Below are positions 50,454 through 59,240 of a stretch of 64,000 nt of DNA, one piece after another; within the stretch, counting starts at the first letter, position 1; every line of letters starts with the position of its first letter. This DNA comes from an uncultured Acidobacteriaceae bacterium (GTDB taxonomy: Bacteria; Acidobacteriota; Terriglobia; Terriglobales; Acidobacteriaceae). Under the pieces are notes generated by a model, which was given only the letters and a program-made list of their open reading frames with translations, made no database searches and had not been told where the DNA came from. A program made the translations under genes and the position numbers. The stretch spans positions 322,950 to 386,949 of the forward strand of contig CAVYTK010000004.1 of assembly GCA_963771535.1 (NCBI GenBank). Reading direction: 5' to 3'.

Positions 50454-51483
50454 CTACTTCGGGGGACGGGTGATGGCCTCGCGCACATCGGCCAGCGGAG
50501 CGGTGTTCACCAACGTGATGGCACCGTCGGGGGCGCGCTGGATGCCCAGCTTCTGCCAGAGGGCAGGCAGATCTACGGGAGCAGGCTTGTCGCGCATCTC
50601 GTGATAAAGATCGACGAGGACATGCGTGCCGGTCGCCTTGTCGCCGACAGCAAATGCCTGCTCGATCTCCCAATCTCGGTTGATGTTGCCGCCCGCGTTT
50701 AAGAATGCCGCGGAGCGCATCCTGCAAGCCTTTGCGGTTATGGGTCTGCTCGTGGATGCGAACATCGGCAACCAGGCAGAACATCGCGCCTCCCCAATAG
50801 GTGCGTCCCCAGGTCGGGGTGCGATCGAGACCCTGGTCGCCGGATTGGGGTTCGCCTTTCGGCATATCGCGTACCACGTCATGCCACATTGTGGTAGGCG
50901 AGAGCTGGCCGGCCTGAACGCGAGCGACGGGCTCGACATAGGTGGAAATGCCTTCTTCAATCCAGTGATGCTCCTCGGCCATGGAGGGGAACGCGAGGTG
51001 GATCATTTCGTGGGTGAGCATCCAGTCGGTGTCGAGGTCTGACGTTGTGGTAGTAGCTCCGACGGAGATGCGGATGAGTCCCCCATTGTCAGAGGGGTAG
51101 GTCACGCCACCATGTACGCCCTCGCCGCCGCGTACGCTAACCTGCAACCTGAGCTGCGGTACAGGGAACTTGCCGTAGTAGGTGCAGACGGCGGTTGAGG
51201 CGCGCTTGATCCAGTTCAGCAGAGCGTCGTTGGAGATGCCCTTGGAATCGTTATCGAAGCGGATGTCAATGTTTGCGCCGCAGGCGGGCAAGCTCTGCGA
51301 GGAAATGGCGGATGCGGATCGCGACATGAAAGTAGCCACCAGAACTGCAGCTCCCAACACGACAACCGCCAGTGAGAAACGGACCCTCAGGTTGTGCCTA
51401 TCGCCTGACGACTGGCGTGCGCGCGGCCGTTCCCCGGGTATCGGCATCCACATTGGATGCGGAGGAAAGCCACTTGCGCTCAA
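50454..51483 (-). CDS. Secreted gluzincin-type (HExxH...E) metallopeptidase-like protein, apparently frameshifted
   Basis: The zinc motif is LTHEMIHLAFPSMAEEHHWIEEGISTYVEP. ORF 50098..51483 joins ORF 50454..50960 as ...KGLQDALRGIL|NAGGNINRDWEIEQAF... if the AAA run (TTT at 50698-50700 on the + strand) is read as AA. The start is uncertain (ATG 51483, 51453 or 51447) and overlaps the DoxX 3' end. Confidence 0.6.
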
Positions 51484-51920
51484 TTAAAGCGTCGAGCGAG
51501 AGGAATCCCGGACCGTAGACCAGGATGATCAGCGATGCCAGCCAGTAAGAGAACGGGGCGGCAGCGACAAACTTGTCGGGGTCGGAGAAGATTCCCAGAA
51601 ATGCGTCGTGATCGCCGGTGTAGTAGGCCACCGTCATGTTGCCGAAGAGCAGCAGCGCGATGAGACGGGTGCCGAGTCCGAGGGCCAGCAGAATTCCACC
51701 AACCAGTTCAAGAAGCGAAACCATCATTGCCGTCGCGCCGGGCGCGGGCAGTCCCGAGGCTTCCGAAGTACTCGGTCACCTTCGCGAGATGCGTCAGTTT
51801 GCCCCAGCCGTCGACGGCGAACTGGTATCCCCAGTAGAGCCGCACGAACAACAGGAAATAGGGTTGAACCGCGTTGGCGGCCTTCACAAACTGAGCGTAG
51901 AGCCTTTGCAGGGCAGTCAT
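51398..51920 (-). CDS. DoxX-family membrane protein, apparently frameshifted
   Basis: ORF 51708..51920 (MTALQRLYAQFVKAANAVQPYFLLFVRLYWGYQFAVDGWGKLTHLAKVTEYFGSLG) joins ORF 51398..51727 (MMVSLLELVGGILLALGLGTRLIALLLFGNM...). The junction ...SLG|LPAPGATAMMVS... forms if the GGG (CCC at 51753-51755 on the + strand) is read as GG. Confidence 0.75.
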
Positions 51921-52090
51921 GTTTTCGATCCTTGCTTTGAGTTGCAGTCGTAGGATTCAGAGGCCCTGGAAAAGTTACGGATATTCGGGGCCGAAGCCCC
52001 GGATGTTTACGGCGCAGGTGACGCTGACCTGAAGGTCGGCTCTACCCGAGCGTGCGAACGCGGCGCTGAAGCGGCGCACTACGCGAGCGT

Positions 52091-52960
52091 CTACGGTTTG
52101 CAAAACCATCCTGAGGCCGACCAATACGCGAACCACTTCTGCACATCGGCCATGGCTGCGTCGATATTGCGGCCGCTCCAGTCGACTTCATCCACCGCAT
52201 TGGACAGCGTGAGGCCCTGGCGCAGGGAAGTGAGAATGGTGAATGCTTCCTGGTCGATGCGTTTGAAGAAGACGGTGTTCTCGGCACGATGCACCGCCAA
52301 AAAAGTGCGCTCGGGTTTTGGAAGCCGGCGGCGGCGCGAACGGGAATGGGTGCGCTCGGTGACGGCGTTGCTCACGATGTCGGTTTCTTCCAGTTCGCTG
52401 CGAACCTTGATCAGCAGATCGTCAACCGGGTAGCTCAGATCGAGCAGCCGAATATAAGGCTGCAACTGGAAGTGAGGATCGGGACCGAGTGCGGGCAGAT
52501 CGGCTTCGGTGAGCCGCGGCCGGGCAGCTTCGTCGAAAGCTTCAATCTCGGCCCACTCCAGGCGCACCATGTCGAGTGCGATCTGCTCGTTGGCGGCGAT
52601 GTATTGCGGATGTTCGCTCAGCCATGACTGCAAGCGTGAGCCCAGGTTGCGCAGTGTGAACGACTGCGATGGGCACTCGTAGAGATATTCGACTGCCATC
52701 TTCTCAAAACGCTGCTCGCCGATGATGGCGCGCAGCCCGGGGAAATCCTCGGACAACGCCGAGAGAATGCGGAACCAATACTGCCGGTTGTAGATTTCCA
52801 GCCGCTCAAACGAGGTCAGCCGATCGTTGGGCTTGATGATTTCCTCGGCTACGGCGCGAAGCGACTTGCCCTCGCGCGAACGCTGCCGCATTCCTTCCTC
52901 GGCAGTGAGAGGCTGGCGGATGGCATCGAACATGGCGCGCTGAATGTGGTCGAGCGACAT
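52091..52960 (-). CDS. DUF2063-family protein (partner of DUF692/MNIO enzymes)
   Basis: Begins MSLDHIQRAMFDAIRQPL. The conserved block is LEIYNRQYWFRILSALSEDFPGLRAIIGEQRFEKMAVEYLYECPSQSFTLRNLGSRLQSWL. Its ATG 52960 overlaps the restored TGA of the upstream gene. Confidence 0.8.
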   Translation of the reverse strand: MSLDHIQRAMFDAIRQPLTAEEGMRQRSREGKSLRAVAEEIIKPNDRLTSFERLEIYNRQYWFRILSALSEDFPGLRAIIGEQRFEKMAVEYLYECPSQSFTLRNLGSRLQSWLSEHPQYIAANEQIALDMVRLEWAEIEAFDEAARPRLTEADLPALGPDPHFQLQPYIRLLDLSYPVDDLLIKVRSELEETDIVSNAVTERTHSRSRRRRLPKPERTFLAVHRAENTVFFKRIDQEAFTILTSLRQGLTLSNAVDEVDWSGRNIDAAMADVQKWFAYWSASGWFCKP

Positions 52961-53803
52961 CAGGCGCCTACCTTCTCGGCGACATAGCGATGGGCCTTCA
53001 GCGCCTCGTTGTGCACTTCGTCGAAGGAAGGAATGTGGTCGTCCCACTCCAGCAAGCGTGGCAGTCGGGCCGGTGAGCTCGATGGCGCGCGCGTACAGCT
53101 CCCACACGGGATCGATCACCGGATGGTCGTGCGTGTCGAGGATGTATTTCTCAAACTTCGAGTGGCCGGCAATGTGGATCTGCGCGACGCGCTCAGGCGG
53201 CACGCTGTTTACATAGTCGAAGGGATCGAAGGTGTGATTGCGCGACGACACGTAGATGTTGTTGACGTCGAGCAGAATGCCGCAGTCGGCGCGCTCGACC
53301 ACTTCGTTCAGGAACTGCCACTCCGTCATTTCGGAAGCGTGAAACTCGGCGTAGCTGCTGACGTTTTCGACGACTACCGGGACTTCGACGAAGTCGCGCA
53401 CCTCGCGGATCTTTTGCGCGGTTTTGGCGGCGGCTTCGAAGGTGTAGGGCATGGGCAGCAGGTCGTGCGAGTAGCTGCCGTCGACGCTGCCCCAGCAAAG
53501 ATGATCGGAGAGCCACGGCGTATTGGTGCGGCGCACCAGCGCTTTCAGGCGCTTCAGGTGCTCGCGGTTCGGTGGCTCGACGGAGCCGAAATACATGGAG
53601 ACGCCGTGCTGCACCACGCGATACTGCTCGAGAATCTGGTCGAGGATGTGCAGCGGACGGCCGCCATCGACCATGAAATTTTCGGAGATGATTTCGAACC
53701 AGTCGACGACCGGCTTTTTCTCCAGGATGTGGTTGTAATGCGGAATGCGAAGTCCGATGCCGACTCCGTAATCGGTGAAACCGTTGAAGCGATTGGCAGG
53801 CAT
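52960..53803 (-). CDS. DUF692 / multinuclear non-heme iron oxidase (MbnB/TglH/BufB-like), one apparent frameshift
   Basis: TIM-barrel DUF692 signature: MPANRFNGFTDYGVGIGLRIPHYNHIL...DWFEIISENFM...VQHGVSMYFGS...WLSDHLCW...VENVSSY...LLDVNNIYVS...IHIAGH. After ...ELTGPTAT the alternative frame gives the canonical end LLEWDDHIPSFDEVHNEALKAHRYVAEKVGA*. The break is at about 53050-53060. The track shows it fused to the next gene as one 570-aa ORF. Confidence 0.85.
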
Positions 53804-53889
53804 TGGAAAAATTCGTGGCCCAGGTGATTGCGAAAAGTTGATACGGGCCGAAGCTGGTTAACTCCGGCCCCTGTGATGAGTCAGGAGGG

Positions 53890-54171
53890 TTACTGGGGCG
53901 CCTTGGATCCGTCGGTGGCGCAGCCGCCCTTGCCCTTGCAGGAGTTCTTGCCCTTGCAGCCGTTGTCGCCGGTCTTGCAGCCGCCCTTGCCCTTGCAGGA
54001 GTTCTGGCCCTTGCAGGCGTGCTTGTCCTTAGAGAAATCGGCGGCAAAAGAGCCGTTGTCCGCGGAGGAAACAGTGCTGCTGCCGTTGTTGGTCTGGGCA
54101 ACCATGGTGCCGCCGGCCATAAAGCCGGCCAGAGCCGCGCCCATCATCAGAGACTTCATTGACTTCGTCAT
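53890..54171 (-). CDS. Sec-signal, 6-Cys RiPP precursor peptide (bufferin-like)
   Basis: ATG 54171 with RBS GAGGAG 9 nt upstream. Sequence: MTKSMKSLMMGAALAGFMAGGTMVAQT|NNGSSTVSSADNGSFAADFSKDKHACKGQNSCKGKGGCKTGDNGCKGKNSCKGKGGCATDGSKAPQ*. It lies 86 nt upstream of, and co-directional with, the DUF692 gene. Confidence 0.75.
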   Translation of the reverse strand: MTKSMKSLMMGAALAGFMAGGTMVAQTNNGSSTVSSADNGSFAADFSKDKHACKGQNSCKGKGGCKTGDNGCKGKNSCKGKGGCATDGSKAPQ

Positions 54172-54516
54172 TTGCTTAATTCTCCTCACCGTTTTTTTTG
54201 GAGCGGGCCACTGTCGAGTTGACCTCACCCAGATTGATTACGTGCGGGGTATCTTCCGGGATTTCTTCCCGCAAGGCAAATATTTTCTGCGCGAGATATT
54301 CGACATCCCCCACTTTGGTGGTACCGCCGGGTTAGGCAGTGAACCGGTGCCCAGCAATGTACCACGCTGTACTGCGAGGTAAGACGCGGCTTCCGGTAGA
54401 AAGTTACAGAGCGCGATATTTTGGTGGCGGCGGCAGCGGTTGTCACAAAATCCGGTCTTCGGAGTCAAACCGGCCATGAGAAGATGCCCACGAGAGAAGG
54501 AGTTGATCGGCGAACG

Positions 54517-55272
54517 ATGATATTGCATTCACCGCGGGAGCGCCCTGAGCCGTGGCAGGAAAAGCGCGCCGCAGCCCGTAATCCTTTTATGGTGCTGCTG
54601 CTGGCGCTGGAGTATCCGTTCGAGTGGCTGGCCTACGTACTTAGCCAGTGGGCGTTTCTGGAAGCGCTCGAATACCTGGGCAGCTTCTCCATTCTGATCG
54701 CGGTGATCTTCTATTTCAGCGAGTCGGGCGATCGCGTAAAGCAGAAGCACTACCAGGCGTGGCAGGTGATCAACACCGCGCAGGGGAAGGGCGGCAGCGG
54801 CGGACGCATTGAAGCCTTGCAAGAGTTGGAGCACGATGGCGTGCCCCTGGTCGGAGTCGATGTGTCAGGGGCATTTTTGCAGGGGCTGAGCTTGCCGCAT
54901 GCGCAGCTGTTGCGCGCCAACTTCAATGCGGTGGACGCCCGTAACAGCGACTTCCGCGATGCCGATTTCGTCGCGGCCAACCTGCACGCGGGAAATTTCA
55001 GGTACAGCAACTTCGCAGGCGCCAATCTTCAAGATGCCGACCTGGGAGAAGCCGACTTCTGCTATGCGAATTTGAGTGGCGCGAACCTGGCAGGCGCGAC
55101 CCTCGATGGCGCTGACATGGGAAGTACCGATCTTACGAACCTGAAATGGCAGGACATCAAGAGCGTGAAGGGGACCAGCCTGCAGGCGGTGCGCAATGCG
55201 CCAGCAGGTTTCCTGGAGTGGGCGGCGGCGCATGGCGCTACGACCAGTGGTGGGCCTTCGGACTGCCAGTAA
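54517..55272 (+). CDS. Membrane-anchored pentapeptide-repeat protein
   Basis: Two TM segments (FMVLLLALEYPFEWLAYVL, LGSFSILIAVIFYF) are followed by A(D/N)LxG repeats (ANLQDADLGEADFCYANLSGANLAGATLDGADMGSTDL). Start is ATG 54517 (RBS GAAGGAG), or alternatively 54484. Confidence 0.8.
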   Translation: MILHSPRERPEPWQEKRAAARNPFMVLLLALEYPFEWLAYVLSQWAFLEALEYLGSFSILIAVIFYFSESGDRVKQKHYQAWQVINTAQGKGGSGGRIEALQELEHDGVPLVGVDVSGAFLQGLSLPHAQLLRANFNAVDARNSDFRDADFVAANLHAGNFRYSNFAGANLQDADLGEADFCYANLSGANLAGATLDGADMGSTDLTNLKWQDIKSVKGTSLQAVRNAPAGFLEWAAAHGATTSGGPSDCQ

Positions 55273-55316
55273 ACGACGATTGTTGCGGATATGTAATTGC
55301 GGCGGCAGAGTTCCTC

Positions 55317-57701
55317 ATGCCGCAGTACCGCCATTCAGAGACAAACTTACATCCAACACTCCCAGTAGATCGCTATGGTTGGGGGTTGCTTTTGTTTGTT
55401 CGTGGTAAATGCCTGCGTTGGCGTTTCTGGGTCTGGATGATTGCAGTGCTTGCGCTGCTTGCACCAGCCTGGTGCGTGGCGCAGCAGACTGTCTCCGGAG
55501 TGGTGAAGGACCGCAGTGGAGCGGTGATACCGGCGGCGGCGGTTTCGCTGACGACGAACGGGACGGCAGTTCAGCAGACGACCAACGCGTCTGGCGTGTT
55601 CAGCTTTTCGGCGGTCGCGGTAAGCGCGGGCGACATCACCGTCTCAGCTGCCGGATTCGCGACTGTCACACAGCCGTGGCGTGCAGGCGATAAGACGCTG
55701 GTGATTGTGCTGCCTCCGGCGGCGATCCAGCAGACGCTGAACGTGACGGCGACGCGAACGGCGATCCTGCCGACGGGCGCTGAAGACCTCGAACTACAAC
55801 CCAGTACCACCATACTTGCGGCAACAGACCTGCAACAGTTTGGCGCAATCACGGTTGACGACAAGCTGCGACAGGTGCCCGGGTTTTCGCTGCTGCGCCG
55901 GTCGGGAAGCATGACGGCCAATCCTACTTCGCAAGGCGTCTCGCTGCGCGGATTGGGGGCGAGCGGCGCAAGCCGTGCGCTGGTGTTGCGCGACGGCATT
56001 CCGATTAACGATCCCTATGGCAGCTGGATTTTCTGGGGACGCGTGCCGGTGGCTTCGCTGGACGAAGCGCAGGTGGTGCCCGGCGGCGCGTCGTCGCTGT
56101 ATGGCAACGATGCGCTGGGGGGCGTGATCAACCTGGAGACGCGGCCGTCGGTGCTGACCAACTTCGCAGCTGAAGGTTCCTTCGGCAATAACAACACACC
56201 GTTTGGCTCGGTGTTTGGCGGGGTTCGCGCTGGGCAGTGGGCGGTGTCTGGCAGCGCCGAAGGTTTCAACACCAATGGCTACATCGACGTGCCCGCTAGC
56301 ATTCGAGGCGCGGTGGACACTCCGGTTTCGTCCGAACATGCGACCGGCGATGTGAAGGTCGAGCGATTCTTCGGCGACCGCGGGCGCATCTTCCTCGACG
56401 GCTCACTGTACGGCGAGCGCCGGGATAACGGCACTCCGCTACAGATCAACGCGGCTACGCTGCGCGAACTGGGCTTCGGCACCGATTGGCAGTCGCAGCG
56501 GGCAGGCGTGTTCACCCTGCGGCTGTTTGGCGGAACCGAGAACTATCATCAGACGTTTTCGTCCATCGGCCCAAATCGCAATAGCGAGTCGCTGACCAAC
56601 GACCAGCATGTTCCGGTGCAACAGATGGGGTTCATCGGCCAGTGGTCGAAGGCCATCAACGCAAAGTTCAGCCTGCTGGCCGGGCTTGATGGCCAGGACG
56701 TGCAGGGATGGAGCCTGGAAGAGTCGTACGTGCTCGGCAGGCCTACGGCGAGTCTGGCGAACGGAGGGCGGCAGCAGTATCTGGGAGCGTTTGTCGAAGG
56801 TATTTATCAACTGACGAGACGCTGGTCGCTGTCGGCGTCGGGCCGCGAAGATTTGTGGAGCAACTTCGATGCCAGCTCGTCGCGCACTCCGGTCGGCGGC
56901 AAACTCAGCAAGGTGTACTATCCCGCCCGCGGGCAAAACTCGTTCGACCCACGTGCCACCGTTTCGTATCGGCTCGACAACGGTACCGTGCTCTATGCCT
57001 CGGGCTATCGCTCATTTCGCGCGCCCACGCTGAACGAGCTGTATCGCAGCTTTCGCGTGGGCAATGTGCAGACCCTGGCAGATCCGTACCTCGTAGCCGA
57101 GCATTTTGCGGGATTCGAAACCGGCGTGCGCGCGTCGCTTTGGCACAACCGGCTGAATGTGAATGGAACATTTTTCTGGGGCTACGTGACCACGCCGATT
57201 GCGAATGTCACGTTGCAAGTTACCGATGCGCTGATCCTGCGACAACGGGAGAACCTGGGCAAGATTCGCGCACCGGGATTTCAGGTCGGGGCAAGCCTGC
57301 GAGTCACAGAGAAGATAAATTTTTCCGCGGCGTATCAATTTGTCGACTCGACGGTGATATCGTTTCCGGCGAACCCGGCGCTGGTGGGGAACTTGATTCC
57401 GCTGGTGCCGCGCAACAATGTGACGTTCCAGGGAACGTGGGCCGCGCCCCGGCGCTTCATGGTCGCGTTGCAGGGACGCGCCGCCAGCAATGAATATGAC
57501 GACGACCAGAACCTGCTGCCGCTGGGATCGTACTTCGTGCTGAGCGCCAGCGTGTCGCATCCGGTGTACAAGGGCGTGGACATGTTTGTCGCGGGAGAGA
57601 ACATTACCAACTCCAGCTACGAGATTGCGCGCACGCCGTACGTCAACCTTGGGCAGCCCATCCTGGTGCGGGTCGGACTGCGCTGGCAGAAGACCAGGTG
57701 A
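55317..57701 (+). CDS. TonB-dependent receptor with N-terminal carboxypeptidase-regulatory-like domain
   Basis: The CarboxypepD_reg-like segment is VSGVVKDRSGAVIPAAAVSLTT. The plug is ITVDDKLRQVPGFSLLRRSG...SLRGLGASGASRALVLRDGIPINDPYG. A long beta-barrel follows. The start is uncertain (ATG 55317, TTG at about 55386-55392, or ATG 55437), and the signal peptide ends AWCVAQQ. Confidence 0.85.
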   Translation: MPQYRHSETNLHPTLPVDRYGWGLLLFVRGKCLRWRFWVWMIAVLALLAPAWCVAQQTVSGVVKDRSGAVIPAAAVSLTTNGTAVQQTTNASGVFSFSAVAVSAGDITVSAAGFATVTQPWRAGDKTLVIVLPPAAIQQTLNVTATRTAILPTGAEDLELQPSTTILAATDLQQFGAITVDDKLRQVPGFSLLRRSGSMTANPTSQGVSLRGLGASGASRALVLRDGIPINDPYGSWIFWGRVPVASLDEAQVVPGGASSLYGNDALGGVINLETRPSVLTNFAAEGSFGNNNTPFGSVFGGVRAGQWAVSGSAEGFNTNGYIDVPASIRGAVDTPVSSEHATGDVKVERFFGDRGRIFLDGSLYGERRDNGTPLQINAATLRELGFGTDWQSQRAGVFTLRLFGGTENYHQTFSSIGPNRNSESLTNDQHVPVQQMGFIGQWSKAINAKFSLLAGLDGQDVQGWSLEESYVLGRPTASLANGGRQQYLGAFVEGIYQLTRRWSLSASGREDLWSNFDASSSRTPVGGKLSKVYYPARGQNSFDPRATVSYRLDNGTVLYASGYRSFRAPTLNELYRSFRVGNVQTLADPYLVAEHFAGFETGVRASLWHNRLNVNGTFFWGYVTTPIANVTLQVTDALILRQRENLGKIRAPGFQVGASLRVTEKINFSAAYQFVDSTVISFPANPALVGNLIPLVPRNNVTFQGTWAAPRRFMVALQGRAASNEYDDDQNLLPLGSYFVLSASVSHPVYKGVDMFVAGENITNSSYEIARTPYVNLGQPILVRVGLRWQKTR

Positions 57702-57788
57702 GGCGAATGAAAATGGAACCTTTCCATCGTAGTCAGGGAAAAATTAAGTAGCCAGTTTCCAGCCAATTTCGCAATCCAGCTTAAAATC

Positions 57789-59234
57789 ATGCTCATGCCT
57801 GTTCGTGTTCGCTCGAGTCTCCTGGGCATCGTCACACTTCTCTTGCTAAGCGGGGCTGCTTACCCGCAAACGGAGGAGCCAACGCAGTCTGCGGCAGCGG
57901 CCAAGCTGCTGAAGAACGATCCTTTGCACGTCTTCAGTCAATCAGTTCAGGAACTCTCGGGCGCAGTGACCAAGTCGGTAGTGCAGGTGCTGACGATCGG
58001 ATACGGGCTCAGCTCGGAGAACGACAAAACCGATACTGCCTATCTCACTCCACAACGCGGCATCGGCGCAGGCGTGATCGTGACTGCCGATGGCTACATC
58101 GTGACCAACGCGCACGTGGTGGAAGGCGCGCGCCGTATTCGGGTGCGCTTGCAGGGCATGAAGGACCCGGCTGATCTGGCTGATGTGCACGGGCCGATCG
58201 AAGCCAAGCTGGTTGGTGTCGACCAGTTGTCGGATGTAGCTGTCTTAAAAATCGATAGCAAGCAGTTACCCGCGCTGGAGTTCGCCGACTCCAGCCGCTT
58301 GAACCAGGGGCAGGTGGTGTTCGCCTTCGGCAGCCCGCTGGGATTGGAGAACTCGGTCACCATGGGCGTGGTCAGCGCCACCGAGCGCCAGATCGATCCT
58401 GACAATCCTGCGATCTACATTCAGACCGATGCGCCCATCAATCCCGGCAATAGCGGTGGTCCGCTGGTTGACGTGGATGGCAAGGTGGTCGGCATCAACA
58501 CTTTCATCCTGTCGGAATCGGGCGGCAACGAAGGCCTGGGGTTTGCGATTCCCAGCAACGTAGTGAAGAACGTGTACGAGCAACTGCGCACGGAAGGACA
58601 CGTGCACCGGGGAGAGATCGGCGTTGCGGTGCGCAGCATTACTCCCGACTTGCTGGAGGGACTTGCCCTGCCGACTTCGCGCGGCGTGTTGCTGGAGGAT
58701 GTCACGCCCGACTCGCCGGCGCAGAAGGCCGGGCTGAAGGTTGGCGACGTTGTGACCAGCGTCGGCGGCAAGCGGGTGACGAATGTGCGCCAGTTCTCGC
58801 TCGACCTGCTGGAGTACAAGGTTGGACAGACCACTCAAATCGAAGTGCTGCGCGGCAATAAGACGATCACTTACCCGGTGAAGCTGGTGGAGCGTCCTGA
58901 CGATCCTCAGCGCTTTGCCGACATGGTGACCGGGCCGAACAATCTGCTGCCGCGGCTCGGCATCGTCGGCATAACGCTGGACCATGAGTTGCAGCAGATG
59001 CTGCCCGACCTGCGAGTGCCGGGCGGAGTTGTGGTGGCAGCCAAAACGGCGAGCGCTGCGCTGCTGGGAGAAGGCCCGGAGCCCGGTGACGTCATCCACA
59101 GTGTCAATGGGCAGCCGGTTGAGGATGTTGCGGACCTGCGCGAAAAGCTGCGCGCCGTGAAACCCGGAACTCCGGTGGTGCTGCAGATCGAACGCGATGG
59201 CGCGCTCAGCTATCTCGTGCTGGAATCCGAATAG
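57789..59234 (+). CDS. HtrA/DegP/DegQ-family periplasmic serine protease with two PDZ domains
   Basis: The catalytic triad context is TNAHVV, DVAVLKI and GNSGGPLVD. Two PDZ segments follow (GVLLEDVTPDSPAQKAGLKVGDVV and GVVVAAKT...PGDVIHSVNG). Confidence 0.9.
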   Translation: MLMPVRVRSSLLGIVTLLLLSGAAYPQTEEPTQSAAAAKLLKNDPLHVFSQSVQELSGAVTKSVVQVLTIGYGLSSENDKTDTAYLTPQRGIGAGVIVTADGYIVTNAHVVEGARRIRVRLQGMKDPADLADVHGPIEAKLVGVDQLSDVAVLKIDSKQLPALEFADSSRLNQGQVVFAFGSPLGLENSVTMGVVSATERQIDPDNPAIYIQTDAPINPGNSGGPLVDVDGKVVGINTFILSESGGNEGLGFAIPSNVVKNVYEQLRTEGHVHRGEIGVAVRSITPDLLEGLALPTSRGVLLEDVTPDSPAQKAGLKVGDVVTSVGGKRVTNVRQFSLDLLEYKVGQTTQIEVLRGNKTITYPVKLVERPDDPQRFADMVTGPNNLLPRLGIVGITLDHELQQMLPDLRVPGGVVVAAKTASAALLGEGPEPGDVIHSVNGQPVEDVADLREKLRAVKPGTPVVLQIERDGALSYLVLESE

Positions 59235-59240
59235 GTAGGA

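Noticed and set aside
52091-53803. Single 570-aa ORF suggesting a natural DUF692-DUF2063 fusion protein
   Set aside because: After ...ELTGPTAT the fused frame reads Arg/Gly-rich filler (LAGVGRPHSFLRRSAQRGAEGPSLCRREGRRL). A one-base shift instead gives the canonical DUF692 C-terminus LLEWDDHIPSFDEVHNEALKAHRYVAEKVGA*, and its TGA overlaps the ATG of the DUF2063 gene (TGATG). Two genes joined by an indel is the better reading.
53193-54101. 302-aa minus-strand out-of-frame ORF (and 53009..53827 / 53828..54382 plus-strand) over the DUF692 and precursor genes
   Set aside because: It consists of Arg/Pro/Ala-rich repeats (ARTPARARAAA...) generated by reading the Cys/Gly/Lys-rich precursor repeats and the DUF692 gene out of frame. 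The frames I chose have RBSs, a signal peptide and family motifs.
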